Positions 49,709-64,000 of a DNA stretch of 64,000 bases are shown piece by piece. Position numbers and translations under genes: made by a program. Origin of the DNA: Octopus vulgaris (taxonomy: Eukaryota); the NCBI GenBank assembly GCA_951406725.2, contig OX597826.1, forward strand, positions 74,896,001-74,960,000, written 5' to 3'. The notes beneath the pieces are model-generated. The model saw nothing but the letters and a program-made list of their open reading frames with translations, searched no databases and had not been told where the DNA came from. The number at the start of each line of letters is the position of its first letter. Within the stretch, counting starts at the first letter, position 1.

Positions 49709-51426
49709 CTGTGGACTATTATGGAGTGAATTTTAGGGTATATAAATCTAATATTTTCCTATCCTTCCTTAATACCGGTTCCCCTATACTACTCATATCT
49801 GCACTTGGTCTGTTTAGGAGGTTGTTGTGTCCTAGCATATGTGCTGCTTCTTTTAATGAACATTCTACAAGACTCTATCATACTTATCAACATCATCATC
49901 ATCATCTTCATCATCACTTAACATTTGTTTTTCATGTTGGCATGGGTTGGATGGTTTGACAAGAGCTGGTAAGACTAGGAGTTGCACAAGGTTCCATGGT
50001 CTGTTTTGGCTTGGTGTCTACAGCCGGATGCCCTTCCTAACAACAACCACTTTACTGAGTGTACTGGGTGCTTTCTATATGGCACCATCACCAGTGCTTT
50101 TTTACATGGAACTAGCACCTGTGCTTTTTTATGTGGCACCAGTACCAATGCTTATCACATGGTACAGGCCTAGGTCAACCCTGATGCATGACCAAAAGGA
50201 CATTCAAACAACAATCAACCTATTTTTCTAAACAAAATTTCTCTCAGACTACACTGCACAATCTATCCTTCCTCTATTTAAAAACACTAGGGTGCGAGAG
50301 TTGACAACTGCTTTCTAGCAGGTCAAGTAACCCTGTAGAGATTCCATTACTGCCTCATGTAAACATTTATATCAGTCAGTATAGGTTCTGTATTTTAGTC
50401 AAAAATCCTATGATTTTTTAACCAATCAGACAAAGAGATCTGTTAGGTCTGTTAATTAATTGGATGATTCTAGACTTCAAGATTTCCAGAGACTGGTATC
50501 GGGTTTTTGTGATCCCCTAGGATGTTAATAGCGAAAGGAGCCAGTTTCATACCAGGATATGTGATTTATATCTTGGTCATTTGTATTCTAGTCCAATTAC
50601 TCATTGATTAGTTTACAATATCCTGTTCTACTTTTGCTTCATTTCACACTAGAGAAATTTTTAAAATCTTGAGACACTGATAAACTACCAATTTTGAAAA
50701 ACCAATTAATTACCAGAATAATCTCAGACACTAACAATTTACCAATGTGACCTGAATCCGTAATGAAGGACCAATATGATCTCAAATACTATTGAACTAT
50801 AAATTTGACTTCTGGAAGTAGCAAACTATACTAATTTAACCTCAAAAACTAGTAAACTATTGTTATGACTTCAGACACTAATAAATCTACCATGATGATC
50901 TAAGACACCAATAAACTACTAATATGACCCTAGACATACTAATGTTTGGGGTCAACATCACCTAAGAAACCAGTAAATTAGCAATATTACTTGAGGCACT
51001 AATGCACTACAGTATGACCCCTAGTTACTTAATAAGCTACCAATATGACCCAAGACATTACTATACTACAATATCTGAGATAACCCTACTGCCATATTAA
51101 TTTTCAATAGAAACGGCCTCCAGGATGTTATAACTACCGAAAATGACAAAGAAATATTTCGTGGAATGGAAATGAATGTAAAGAAAACCAAATCAATGAC
51201 TAATCGGCAAGAAACAAGAGCCACCCAAAATAAATATTGCAATTGAAGGCAAGCCAATTGAACAGACACCAAAGATAACATGGCTGGGCCATCTGCAAAC
51301 ATAAAACGGGGGATGTGAAACAGAAGTCAAAAGAAGGACTGAGACACCTGTCTCAAAACCAGTTGAAAGGGGGGGAAATGTCAAACATAGATCAAGAAAA
51401 CTTAATACTGAAACTACAAAAGATTA

Positions 51427-51798
51427 TCTCTCTATATATAAACGGCAGTTTGTCTGTGTGTGTTTATGTGTGTCTGTTAGGTTGTACCCTCACCCTGACC
51501 ACGGCTTTCAACCGATTCTGATGAAACTTGACACACACATAGCCCAATGTCATAATTCAAAACTAACGCAGCGAAAATTTTGAAAAGTTCCCCCAGTTCT
51601 GAAAAAAAATCGATAAATTCGACATGGGGTCGAGAATCAGAAACACAAACCACAGACTGTCTAGGGGACGCAACTCGACCTTTTTAACTAAAAAAAAATT
51701 TACCATCATTTTTTTTCCATTTTTTGGCTATAACTCTCTAAAAATGCTTTATAGTTATTTCCCTTACAAACCCAAGCAACGCCGGGCGATACTGCTAG
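51427..51798 (+). mobile_element. Non-autonomous Helitron
   Basis: A|TCTCTCTATATATAAA ... cccaagcaacgccgggcgatactgCTAG|T: 5' TC, subterminal GC-rich hairpin, 3' CTAG, A/T target. Confidence 0.82.
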
Positions 51799-53133
51799 TA
51801 TGTTGTATATGGTACTTTCTCAATATATGGAGCTAAATCATGGATATTAACAAAAAGTTATTTACAAATACATTAGAGGCTTTTGATATGTTGGCAAATA
51901 GAAAAATAGAAGACTTTGAAGAATATTGCAGACAGAATATAAAAACCAATGATGAAATACTATGAATGACAAAACTAAGGAAATGTTATTAATCAGCCTC
52001 AAAGAGAGAAAACGAAAATATTTTGGGTACTTAATTAGAGAAAAAGACTCAGCAGACACTGTTTCTAGAAGGAAAAATGAATAGGAAAAGAGAAAGAAGA
52101 CCAAGAATTATTGAGATAGATAATATAAAAAATTGGACAGTCTTTGTGGGAGGAGACCCTGGATTTCATCCCCCTCATGTATGCTTTCTCATTTGTAATG
52201 CTTCCATGTATGTATGCTTAAATGTACTTGTCTTCCTAAATAAATTGCACTTCATGTTTTGAGGCTCTGATGAAGTTGTAAGGTGTTACTCAGGCACTCA
52301 ACTAAGAGCCCATTACATTTCATAGCAGAAACAGCTGCAAGCTAATGAAGTCCATAAGGTTATTGTTTATTCTTTTATGGTCTCTTTTTTTTTTATTACT
52401 ACTACTCTGTACTCAACTAAAGTGTAATTCTGAAACACATATATTGTGTGCTACACCAGGTGATTAGTAAAAAAGTAAGCAAAACAAGTAAAAACGATCC
52501 TTAGAATATAATGACCCTTAAAATTCGAAGTACTGAGAGTAGGCAATACCTAACAATGATGACCGTGGACACTGATAAATTACAATATAACTTGAGATGC
52601 CAACAAACCACCAATATGATCTCAGACACTAATGATCTTTCAATACAACCTCAGATACTAATAAACTATGAATACAACTGCAGACACTAATAAACCATTA
52701 CTATGACCTAAGGCACTAATAAACTACCAATATAACCTCAGACACTAGTCAACTACCAATACGGCATCAGACAATAGTAAACTACCTATTTGACCTCAGA
52801 CAACAATAATGAATGACCAATACAATCTGAGACACCAATAAACTACTAATATAACTTCAGATTCTAACAAACTACCAATATGAACTGAATTGGTAATTAA
52901 CTACCAGTATAAGAGCAGGCACAGGTGTGGTTGTGTGGTAAGAAGTTTGCTTCCCAACTACATGGTTGTGGGTTCTGTCCCACTGCGTGGCACCTAGGAC
53001 GAGTGTCTTCTACTATAGCGTCAGGCCAACCAATGTTTTGTGAGTGGAGTGGATTTGGTAGATGGAAACTGAAAAATAACTGTTGTGTGTGGGTATGTTT
53101 GTCACCAACAACCAGTGTTGATGTGCTTACATC

Positions 53134-53405
53134 CAGGGCTGTGGAGTCAGAGTCATGGAGCCGGAGTCGGAAACAAGGGGTAACAGGAGTCAGAGTCGGT
53201 AAAACTATACCGACTCACAATGTCTTTATTCTTAAATATAAACCAATTATAACCTATAGGCCTTACTCAAAGTACAAATGTATGCATATGCTTTATGAGA
53301 TATGTGCACCACAATCACTTGATTACATAAAGAGGAGTCGGAGTCGGCGGTGCCAATAGTACAGGAGTCAGAGTCAAAGTTTTTGGTTTCAACTCCACAG
53401 CCCTG
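53134..53405. mobile_element. hAT-type MITE with ggagtc subterminal repeats, nested in a SINE
   Basis: TIR CAGGGCTGTGGAGT / ACTCCACAGCCCTG; TSD cttacatc/ctttcatc. Confidence 0.85.
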
Positions 53406-54195
53406 CTTTCATCTCTGAAACTTAGCAGTTCAGCTAAAGAGACTGATAGAATATGTGTCCGTGTTTGTCCCCCCCCCCCCACCATCGCTTGACAACCGAT
53501 GCTGGTGTGTTTACATCCCCGTAACTTAGTGGTTCGGCAAAAGAGACTGATAGAATAAGTAGCAGGCTTAAAAAGAGATACTAATTGCTGGCGTCGATTC
53601 ATTCACCTAAAATTCTTCAAAACGGTGCCCCAGCATGGCCGTAGTCTAGTAACTGAAACAAATAAATGAAAACTCAGACACTTAACTACCAATGTAGCTT
53701 AAGACATCAATAAACTACCAATATGATCTCAGACTTTAATAAACTTTACTAACACACTCCTAATATTAAACCTATATATCAATACAGTGCCAATAAAACA
53801 CTACTATGACTCCAGACACTACCAATATGGCATAGGATACTAATAAACAACCGATATGATGCCAGAGACTAACAAACAATAATTTCCATCATTAAAGATG
53901 AAATTCTAAAAGAGGATGTTCCAGATTCCACCAGAAGAATTGTTAGCAAAACTAATCAGTGTCCACAGAAAATTTGCTACCATTTAGGTACAGACGTGGC
54001 AGTGAGGTTCAGAAGCTTGCTTGATGACCATGTGGTCTTGGGTTCAGTCCCATTGCATAGCACCTTGGGCAAGTGTCTTCTACTACAGCCCTAGGCCAAC
54101 CAAAGTGGATTTGCTAGGCAGAAACTCAACACAAAAGCCTGATGTGTGTGTGTGTGTGAATACATACAGATATATATATATATATATACACACAC

Positions 54196-54298
<103 letters not shown>

Positions 54299-55326
54299 TA
54301 GATATATATATGTATAATTGTTAAATAGGACAACAAACGTTAAGACAAGGCAAACATCTCAAGTCATAAATAATATTGTATATAACTGGAGATGTTTGCC
54401 TTGCCTTAACGTTTGACGTCCTCTTTAACAATTATATTTCCACTATATCGGAAATCTGCAATGGCTCCATAACTACCAACTCGGCTATAACCTTCCTTGG
54501 AGTCCTCGTAATCCGTTACAGCACTCACCTAGCACACCTTGTCATTTAGACCACCTGTGAACTAAACCCCCATACTTGGTATATATGTGTATATGTGTAT
54601 ATGTACATATTTGTGTGTGTATCTTTGTATTTGTGTTGTATTTGTTTTCCACCCCCACTGCCTGACGACTGGTGTTATTGTGCTTATTTTGCCTCAACTT
54701 AGCAGTTCAGCAAAAGAGTCCAACAGAATAAATACCAGATTTTACAAACACAGCAACAAGTGCTGGGGCACTGGGTCTGACTGACCCAGTGCCCCAGCCT
54801 GGCCACAGTCCAATGACCGAAACAAGTAAAAGATAGAAGATTTTAACATCATGAGATCCATTTTTCCTTCATTCGAAAGCCACATCTTTTATCTTTTGCT
54901 TGTTTCAGTCTTTCCACTGTGGCCAGGCTGGGGCACCACCTTGAAGAAATCTAGTATTTGATATTTTGTTTAACCTGGTATTTATTCTATCAGTCTATTT
55001 TGCCGAACTGCTAAGTTACAGGGACATAAACACGCCAGTACCAGTTGTCAGGCAGTGTTGGAAAATAAACACCCACACACACGCACACAGATATGTGTGT
55101 GTGTGTAAATTTTTAGGATACGAAAGAATGAAGTATTTTGCCGAAATCAGGTCAGGAGTGTCATCTGGCACTATGTCCATTTTTCTTGAAAAGTTCTTAT
55201 TGTTAATTCTTTCTTGTATTCACCTACTGAAAATGGCTTTTTTAGCATCATGTAACAATTTTCTTCATCAATTAAGAACACGTGTTTCACACAGCGGAAG
55301 TGAAACACAACCTATCTGTGTTATTA

Positions 55327-55371
<45 letters not shown>

Positions 55372-57577
55372 TATATATATGTGTGTGTGTGTGTTTACCT
55401 CCCCCCCCCCACTGTCACTTGACAACCAATGTTGCTGTTTTTATGTCCCCGTAACTTATTAGTGCTAGACTTACAACGAATAAGTCCTTGAGTCAATTTC
55501 TTCAACTAAAACCATTTAAGGTAGTGCTCCAGCATGGCCACAGTCAAATGACTGAAACATATGAAAGAATATACACGACAGCTTCTTTCAGTTTCCGTCG
55601 ACCAAATCCACTGTAGCTCAAGGCCAAAGTAGAAGAGACATGCCCAAGGTGTCAAGCAGTGAAACTGAACTCAGGACCATGTGGTTGGGAACGAAACTTC
55701 TCACCACACAGCCAAGTCTGCACCAACACATTCTGTTTAATGTAATCAACTTCAGGCTGCCTGAAAGGATATTTTATTAAATATACGACACAATATGGGA
55801 TGAAAATGTAATCATTAATAATGAAGCAATGAAAATATTAACTGACCTTTTAATAACAATTACATCTCGTTAGTGTCACGACACATTCACTTGGCATGCT
55901 GGCACAATTTTATATAGGAAAATAGATATAATAGTACTGTTTGGTTTTGTTCTTATGTCAAATCAAAACTTCTAGAAGGCTGCACCCAAGCCTTTTGTTA
56001 CTATATTTCTGTTGAAATATGCTGCTTTTCATCATCATCATCGTCATTTAACATCCATTGTCCATGCTGGAATGGGTTGGACAGTTTGACTAGGCTGGCA
56101 CACTGGAAGGCTGCTCCAGGCTCCAGTCTGATTCAGCATGGTTTTCTATGGCTGGCATGGTTTTTCCTAATGCCAACCACTCTCAGAGTGTAATGGGTGC
56201 CTTTACGAGCCACTGGCATGGATGCCATTTGTGTGACACCGGTGTCTGCCATGAATGCGAGTTTGCTCGGCTTGATGGGTCGTCTTCTCAAGCATGACAT
56301 AATGCCAAAGGCCTTGGTCATTGCTTCCATGAGGCCCAACATGCGAAAGGAACTCAGCCACAAAATAGTGAAGAATTTAGTAACAATACTTTGTCATTAA
56401 TAAGATGTTGCTTGGGACATAAATTGATTTCAGATTTTGGAGCAAGACCAGCAATTTGGGGGGGGAGGGTGCAAGTCAATTACATCACCCCCCAGTATTC
56501 AACTGGTACTTATTTTATCGATCCCAAAATGATGAAAGGCAAATTCGAGCTGTGTGGAATTTGAACTCAGAACATAAAGATGGACAAAATACCACAAAAT
56601 GCCAAGCAGCTTTTAACCATAACTTAACTTCACACTTTTGTATGCTTTTATTTCAATTTATTTTGAAAATTTATTTCAATTTATTTTGAAGAATTTAGTC
56701 ACATAACTTTGTAATTAATAAGCTGGTGTTTGGAACATATATTAACGAACATATTGGTGGAAGGTTATAATTTAGATCGTTTTAAAACAGGAAGTTTGTT
56801 ACATACAGACAGGTTGGTATAAAAAGGGTTAAATACCTCAAAATCCACAAACCACAGGTCAGTAGGTTTTCCCACTGTAATAGTAGACTAATAATTACCC
56901 CTATACCACATATGGACAATTACCCCCCATCTAATAAAAGACTGTTGCTTCACACCTGACTTACTGATAGTTACCAATAACAACAGATAGTGTTTCCATC
57001 ATCATCATCATCATTTGATATCTGTTTTCCATGCTGAGATAGGTTAGACTGTTTGACAGGAAGTGGCAAGGCGAAAGACTGCACCAAGCTCTGCTGTCTG
57101 TTTTGGCAGGATTTCTATGGCTGGATGCCCTTCCTAACACCAACCACCATGGAGAGTGTACTGGGTGTTTTTTACGTTGCACCAGCGGCAGTGAGGAGGA
57201 CAAGAGCCCTCAACTGATGGTTGGGTTAGTAATATCAAAGGGGGCGAAACGGTGTCTTGTGTTAGAGGACAAACATAGCTTCCTCAAGTGGAGAGAGAGA
57301 GGAGAGAGAAGATGAAGATGTGATAGGGATGGAGTAGGGGCCACACAACCAAGTTACAGGGAGGTGTATGTACATAGAGAAGTGGACCAAGGATTGGAGA
57401 AGTTATAACCAGCACCCCACTATCGGTGGTGTTGGTTACAACTCACCCCCTCCTTGGGTAACAACTAGCGGTAGTATTGGTGGTGGTGGTGGTTATTAAC
57501 CTGACCATTACTGCTGGTGGTACTAGTTATATCTCCCCTTCCTCATCTAACCACCACCACTTCTACTGCTGCTGCCG

Positions 57578-57641
<64 letters not shown>

Positions 57642-58823
57642 AAAAACTACTACTACTGGTGGTGGTGGTGGATAAGGTTATAACTTCTCCCTCCCCATCT
57701 CATAGTTACAACCCCACCCTCTTCTCATCTACCTACTCCAACTGGTGGCACTAGTAACAACTCGGTCCAGACGTCAGCTAATTTCTAATACTGGTCTAGC
57801 GCTGGTTATGAGAGCTAAACTTTAATAACTGGAACAGGGCAACTAAAGGCCCATCCCTTCTTATGTAATGCTAAAACATGCCCCCCCCCCCTCCAGCATA
57901 ACATAATTAACTGTAAATATAACATAATGCAAAGTTCAAGGAAACGAGCAATTGCTCTGTTTTGTTAGACTGTCTCCAAAACTACAACATACAAATTTAT
58001 TTATATTAGTACATTGTTACTCACTGATTAATGAAACTGATAATGAAATATTCCCCAAGGCACAGATCAAAATCTAGTCTCATGAGAAGGGGCTTTAATT
58101 TCATTTAATGTCTACCTATTCTACAACAAAAGCATTATTTTCCAGAGATACGTCACCAAAGTTCGCTCCATCTCTTCCTTGTTTTTGTTTTTGTTTTTTT
58201 CTCCCCCCCCCCCCACTGAGTACTGCAGCCAAAATGCCATATTATAGTTTGAGTTGATATGTTGGAAGTTATTTATAGACTAAATCGAGGTGGTAGAAGG
58301 AAAAGCTTTTCACAAAATATGCTTTATCTTTGCTAATTATTTTCACCCATACCACAGATATTAAAATTCCATTCATACCAAAAGTGCAAAAACAAATTTT
58401 TGAAAACCAGAATTTCAATGAGAAATATAGGAACATACAATGTGTGTGTGTACGTGTGTGTGTGTGTGTGTAATTGTCTATATACATATCTGTGTGTGTG
58501 TATACTTGTACTCAACGAAAGTATAGAGTAACCGTTCAATTAAAATAAAAAATAAACATTACTATAAATATATAAAAAATAGAAACAAACATTAATATAT
58601 ATATGTGTGTATATATACATATATGTATATGTGTATATATGTGTGTGTGTGTGTGTATAGAGTGTTTGAAGTGGTGTACAAATCATGTATATTGAGAGAG
58701 AGGAGGCAGTCAGAATTTTGGATAATTCTTTATTCATGGTTTCGTTCATTTATCGAGCTTGTCAATAAACAAATGAAAGCACTAATAAAGAATTATCCAC
58801 AATTCTGACTGCCTCCTTTTCCT

Positions 58824-58874
<51 letters not shown>

Positions 58875-58974
58875 GAAGGTTGAAAAGGAACACACGAGCT
58901 GATATGTATAAGGAAAATAAGACACGGTAGAAAATGCTAAAATAATTTTATCATGAAGACCATTTTAGCACTGG

Positions 58975-59390
58975 TTCAATCATTGAATCATTCATCATTC
59001 AATCATCCTCTCACTTCCATCATTCAATCATCTCACTTACATCATTCAATCATTCATCATTCAATCATCTCACTTCCATCATTCATCATTCGATCATCTC
59101 ACTTCCATCATTCAATCATTCATCAATCATCTCACTTCCATCATTCAATCATTCATTACTCAATCATCCTCTCACTTTCATCATTCAATCATTCATCATT
59201 CAATCATCTTCTCACTTCCATCATTCAATCATTCATCACTCAATCATCCTCTCACTTCCATAATTCAATCATTCATCATTCAATCTTCTTCTCACTTCCA
59301 TCATTCAATCATTCATCATTCAATCATCTTCTCACTTCCATCATTCAATCATCCAATCATTCATCACTCAATCATCCTCTCACTTTCATC
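58975..59390. repeat. tcattcaatca / ctcacttcca compound tandem repeat
   Basis: Visible directly; produces the spurious His/Ser-rich ORF 58953-59405. Confidence 0.9.
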
Positions 59391-59654
59391 CTGCTGCCTG
59401 ACTAACAAGAAACGACATTGCATTGAATCCGCCCATATTCAACCCACCCTTATCATTACTTCGTTATTCCTAGCCAACACTCTCTTCATCTTCCCTATTA
59501 TTCCCTTTCTGCGTGTGTGAGTGTGTTCTAGATATTCTCAATTAAAAAAACAAACCAAGATCACGTTCAGTTAAGTACTCCATGAATTGTAAGGTGAGGG
59601 GCTTATATTCTAATTATGCCATTGTTTCATTGTTATGGTTCAAAGATCCTTGTA

Positions 59655-59835
59655 GCCGGGGTCATGGACAAGTCGTACGTATCCTGTGTCTGCACGCCAT
59701 CACATTCTCAGATTTCTGGTGGAGGAGTCGTCTCTTATCAAAGAGAATTAGGATTGCATCTTCTGCACACAAGTGACAAGATTTCACATTACCAGCATCT
59801 TCCACTAAAGGTCATATGGTACATTACTTTCTTCA
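59655..59835 (-). mobile_element. Penelope-like element remnant (C-terminus of the GIY-YIG region)
   Basis: Broken translation PYDL*WKML...KSCHLCAEDAILILFDKRRLLHQKSENVMACRHR, matching the PLE-type CxLC...LLN...CRH terminus. Confidence 0.6.
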
Positions 59836-60327
59836 AGTTGTCTAGTGTAATTAAACAGTGAAACCCATGGACATTAGACGATGAGGAGGAGGAGGATACA
59901 GAAGGAATATATATTCAGGCAGCAGCTCATATTAAAATAGTTCAGCAGAGAAGCTGATGCAAACTTTGTATACATACACACACACATACCAAGAGCCATG
60001 AGTTCCATGAACTGGCACTTATCAAATGCATAATGCTCCTTCAGTCACTCTGTAATGTCAGCCAATTATTAATAACGGAATTCTTCGTCTTCTTCTTCTT
60101 CCCTACCAAGAATTTACAATGACCTCGAACCCACAAGAGTAAACAAGAGAGACGGAGACAGGCAGAAACAAGGAAAATGCCACTTGTATTTGAACACTAT
60201 ACAAATATTCTTTTAAAAAAAACTTTTCTTTTAATTTTTCCAAAATTTAATTGTTTTCCATACTTACAGCTGAAAAGTCTCAAATTATTTTAGCATTTTC
60301 TATCTTGACTTTTTTTTTCCATACACA

Positions 60328-60368
<41 letters not shown>

Positions 60369-60440
60369 CATACTTACATACATACACACTTAAGTCTTGA
60401 GATCTATTTTCCTGTTGCTTAACCAAACCTATACATATAT

Positions 60441-60672
60441 ATTGGGTCATCCCATAAATAATGTGGTTTTTTCAATTGCATGAACTAAAAGTTGGAGAGG
60501 GATGGGATAAACTACCTGCATCAACTCAATATAAAATCAGGTAGTAATTTTACCATGTATTTATTCTTAGAGAAAGTTTTGGAGAGTTTAGTTCCATTTT
60601 AACAGTTATTTTTTCAAAGCTATAATGGAAGTGGCAAAGGAGCATATTCGGCATATTTTGCTTTATGAGTTT
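60441..60672 (+). mobile_element. Mariner left end and transposase N-terminus fragment
   Basis: ta-ttgggtcatcccataa terminus followed by MEVAKEHIRHILLYEF, a mariner-type HTH start. Confidence 0.6.
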
Positions 60673-60837
60673 ATAGTACATTCTTGGTTTGGAGAGAAAT
60701 GGAATAAACCATGTGTTCAGAGCCTTAGGAGTGTCATGAGACATAAGGCATGTTATAAAAACCTGCTTAGACTCATGTCTCCAAAGAAAGAACCATTAAT
60801 TAGTAGCTCACATCTTTATACTGTGTACATATTAAAT

Positions 60838-60871
<34 letters not shown>

Positions 60872-62105
60872 AGACACTCGTGCCGGTGACATGTAAAAGC
60901 ACCGTTTGAGCGTGGCAGTTACTAGCGTCGCCTGACTGGCGTCCGTAACACATAAAAGCACCAACCGATCGTGGCCGTTTGCCAGCCTGCTCTGGCTCCT
61001 GTGCCGGTGGCATGTAAAAAACACCCACTACACTCACAGAGTGGTTGGCGTTAGGAAGAGCATCCAGCTGTAGAAACACTTCCAAATCAAACTCGAGCCT
61101 CGTGCAGCCTCCGTGGCTTCCCAGACTCTGGTCAAACCGTCCAGCCCATGCTAGCATGGAAAACGGACGTTAAATGATGATGATGATATATATGTAGTTC
61201 AAATTTATAGAAAAACAAAAGATGAAGACAGGTGTAGGAACCACAAGCAGGTGTATTAGTTTGACGGTCAGGAAAAATGGAAAAGTCTTTTACGTTTCGA
61301 GCCTATGCTCTTTGACAGAAAGGATCAAGAGTAAAAAAAAAACTGAGAGAGAAAAAAATGTGCAGAATTCAACGGTCCAACATGACAAGATGACCAGAAA
61401 AAAAGAGACTGAATGAAAGGGAGATGATAATTGTGTGTGTCTGTATGCGTGTTTGTGTGTGTGTGTGTGTGTCTGTGTGAGAGAGAGAGAGAGAGAAAGA
61501 GCACATCACCATCATTTTAACATGTACTTTTCCATGTTTGCAAAGGTTAGATGAGAGTATGTTGGAGGTCAGAGTTTTCTATATCCAAATGCCCTTCCTG
61601 TTGCACACCACCCCAGTTGTTTCTTAGCGGGGTAATAATCTCCCTGTTTGGATATGGTTTACTTAGGGAGCTAGAATGAATCAACACCACCACATGAATG
61701 AGTCCTTTGTTTACAAAATTTGAACAACAGGTCAACACAAGTCAAGAAGCCTGGACGAACTTTCATGATGGGCTGCAAGCAAACAACACTATTAGAGAAA
61801 CCATTGTTTAGAATACCGCTAAGTTACGGGGACATAAACACACCAGCATCGGTTGTCAAACAATGTTGGGGGACAAACACAAACACACAGAAACACACAC
61901 ACACATACACACATATATATATATATACGACGGGCTTCTTTCAGTTTCCGTCTACCAAATCCACTCACAAGGCTTTGGTTGGCCCAAGGCTATAGTAGAA
62001 GACACTTACCCAAGGTGCCACGCAGTGGGACTAAACCCAGAACCATGTGGTTGGTAAACAAGCTACTTACCACACAACCACTCCTGCGCCTATATATATT
62101 TTGTA

Positions 62106-62405
62106 CTATATATTTTGTTCTTCATTCGTTTATTTCTGTTCTTATTTTAACTCATGTCCATTGTATGGAAATCTCTCATCACACATCTGTGACCTCTTCA
62201 GTGACACTTTTCATTTTCATGCGTGCTCTTGCTCCACTTACTCCATTCTGTCTGAATGGAGTAATTGGAGCAAGAGCACATGTGTAAACGAACAGTGTCA
62301 CTGAAGAGGTCACAGATGTGTGATGAGAGATTTCCAGACAATGGACATGAGTTAAAATTTTTTTTTTAAATCAGTAATAAACGAGAAAAGAACAAATATA
62401 TATAG
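62106..62405. repeat. About 300-bp imperfect palindrome (fold-back)
   Basis: Arms mirror around ctccattc-tgtct-gaatggag near 62250. Confidence 0.9.
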
Positions 62406-62651
62406 TGTGTGTGTGTGTTTATTTGGCAAAAAAAGAAAATGACCCTCCCAAAATACACCAATACATATTTTTTTCTTCCAGCAGAATCATCAGTACATCA
62501 AATAAAATGCTTGTGGTATTTCTTCCAGCTCTGAGTTTTGATTCTGCCGTTTGTCATTTCATGGTCAATAAAACAAGAACCAGTTGAGTTCTAGAGTAAA
62601 TGGCCCACTCCTTCCTTTGAAAATTGCTAATCCTGTGACAAAATTGGAAAC

Positions 62652-62699
<48 letters not shown>

Positions 62700-62718
62700 C
62701 ATCATTATTATTATTATT

Positions 62719-63393
62719 ACCTTTGCACAGCTTCTAACGTTGGAGATGTACTATGGTGTCAGCTGTTCACTACCACTGAACCAAGGTAACACTTCTTATT
62801 TTTCAAGCACCTTCCGGAGTATTCGAGCAGTTCCAAGCAATGCTGCTTTCTGCAAGTGCTCCACCCTTATTGCACCCCCTATTTGTTCCACGTACTTCTC
62901 GAGATTTTTGCTCACTGCTCCCAGGGCTCTGACAATTATTGGTACTACTACCACCTTTTTCATCGACCACAACTGCTTAACCTCCCAAGCTAACCTGTCA
63001 TATCTATCGACTTTTCTTTCTTCCTCATCGCATACCTTGTTGTCAGCTGGGCATGCTATATCTATGATCCAGCATAGTTTGCTTTCTTTCTCAATTAAAA
63101 CTATGTCTGGCTTCCTATTCTCTATCTCATGGTCACACTGAATCATAAAATTTCATAAGATCTTTGCATTATCATTATCGATGATGCCTTCTGGTTTGTG
63201 GTCATACCAATTTTTTGCTCTGTCAAGTCCATACTTGTTGCAAAGTATCCAATGGACAAGCCTGGCTATATTGTCGTGGCGTCTCTTATATTCCTTCTGG
63301 ACTAGTGGCATACATTGGCAGGTAATATGCCATACAGTTTCACCATTTCGTCCACAAATTCTGCACTTATCACTTTCTGATGTGTTGTCTATT
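62719..63393 (-). mobile_element. 5'-truncated R4/Dong-type non-LTR retrotransposon (CCHC knuckle + restriction-like endonuclease) inside a (TAA)n tract
   Basis: CRICGRNGETVWHITCQC, RRHDNIARLVHW, RKPDIVLIEK...IIDIACP...RKVDRY; (ATT)n on both sides. Confidence 0.88.
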
Positions 63394-63394
63394 C

Positions 63395-63434
<40 letters not shown>

Positions 63435-63646
63435 TATTAAGGTGGCAAGCAAGCAGAATCATTAGCACACCAGGCAAAATGCTTAGCAGCATTTCGTCCA
63501 TCTTTATGGTCTGTGTTCAAATTCCCTTTCATCCTTTTGGGGGGGGGTGATGAAATAAGTACCAGATACATGCTGGGATCAATGTACTCAACTAGCACCC
63601 CCCACCAGCCCCCAAAGTTTCAGGCCTTGTACCTCTAATAGAAAGG

Positions 63647-63691
<45 letters not shown>

Positions 63692-64000
63692 GAGTGAGAG
63701 AGCAGTGCATGCCATCAAAGTGACACTGGGGTAAAATATACAAAGCCCAGTATACCCATCATGACTACCCATCTGATAAGGGTACACTAGGCACATGCAT
63801 CACAACCATATGTGCGCGACATGGTGATGTCATATCAAGATAAACAGCGCATGACCTTGCAGGTGAGGCCCAGTTAGAATTTTCTCCAGGTTGAGTAGCC
63901 TATCCCATTGAAAAGGTCCCTGAATAAGGGTTGTGTAAGGATGTTGAACGAAACACCAATGTTTCCTGGAGTAAATTATTCAAACCCCAAAGAATTCCTC

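Larger units (their letters stand above)
50650..53880. repeat. Degenerate about 30-bp minisatellite (gacactaataaactaccaatatgacctca), interrupted
   Basis: Blocks at 50670-51090, 52540-52910 and 53670-53880. Confidence 0.75.

Overview
AT-rich, microsatellite- and retroposon-dense animal genomic DNA; the repeat complement suggests a cephalopod, probably Octopus (inference). The only host gene I can support is a minus-strand MOSPD2-like (CRAL-TRIO/Sec14 domain) gene. Five in-frame internal exons lie at 20422-20258, 12377-12291, 10186-10029, 9151-9091 and 8607-8569, and one intron has a GC-AG donor; the 5' and 3' exons were not located. The GC-AG intron holds an intact single-ORF RTE-clade LINE (APE + RT, 1078 aa) with a C4HC3 PHD finger inside the RT. 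The rest is TE debris and tandem repeats: two Tc1 elements, hAT and piggyBac MITEs, two non-autonomous Helitrons, a Helentron-type element, CR1, R4/Dong and Penelope remnants, several SINE families and several minisatellites. The most interesting signal is a ~300-bp dispersed element found at five loci. It joins a tRNA-like Pol III head, an (AAT)n spacer and a minimal type-I hammerhead ribozyme (CUGAUGA-stem II-GAAA with a palindromic AACGUU stem III), and occurs in Penelope-like inverted arrangements: a candidate Pol III-transcribed, self-cleaving SINE/retrozyme. Most short ORFs in the supplied track are microsatellite or antisense artefacts.
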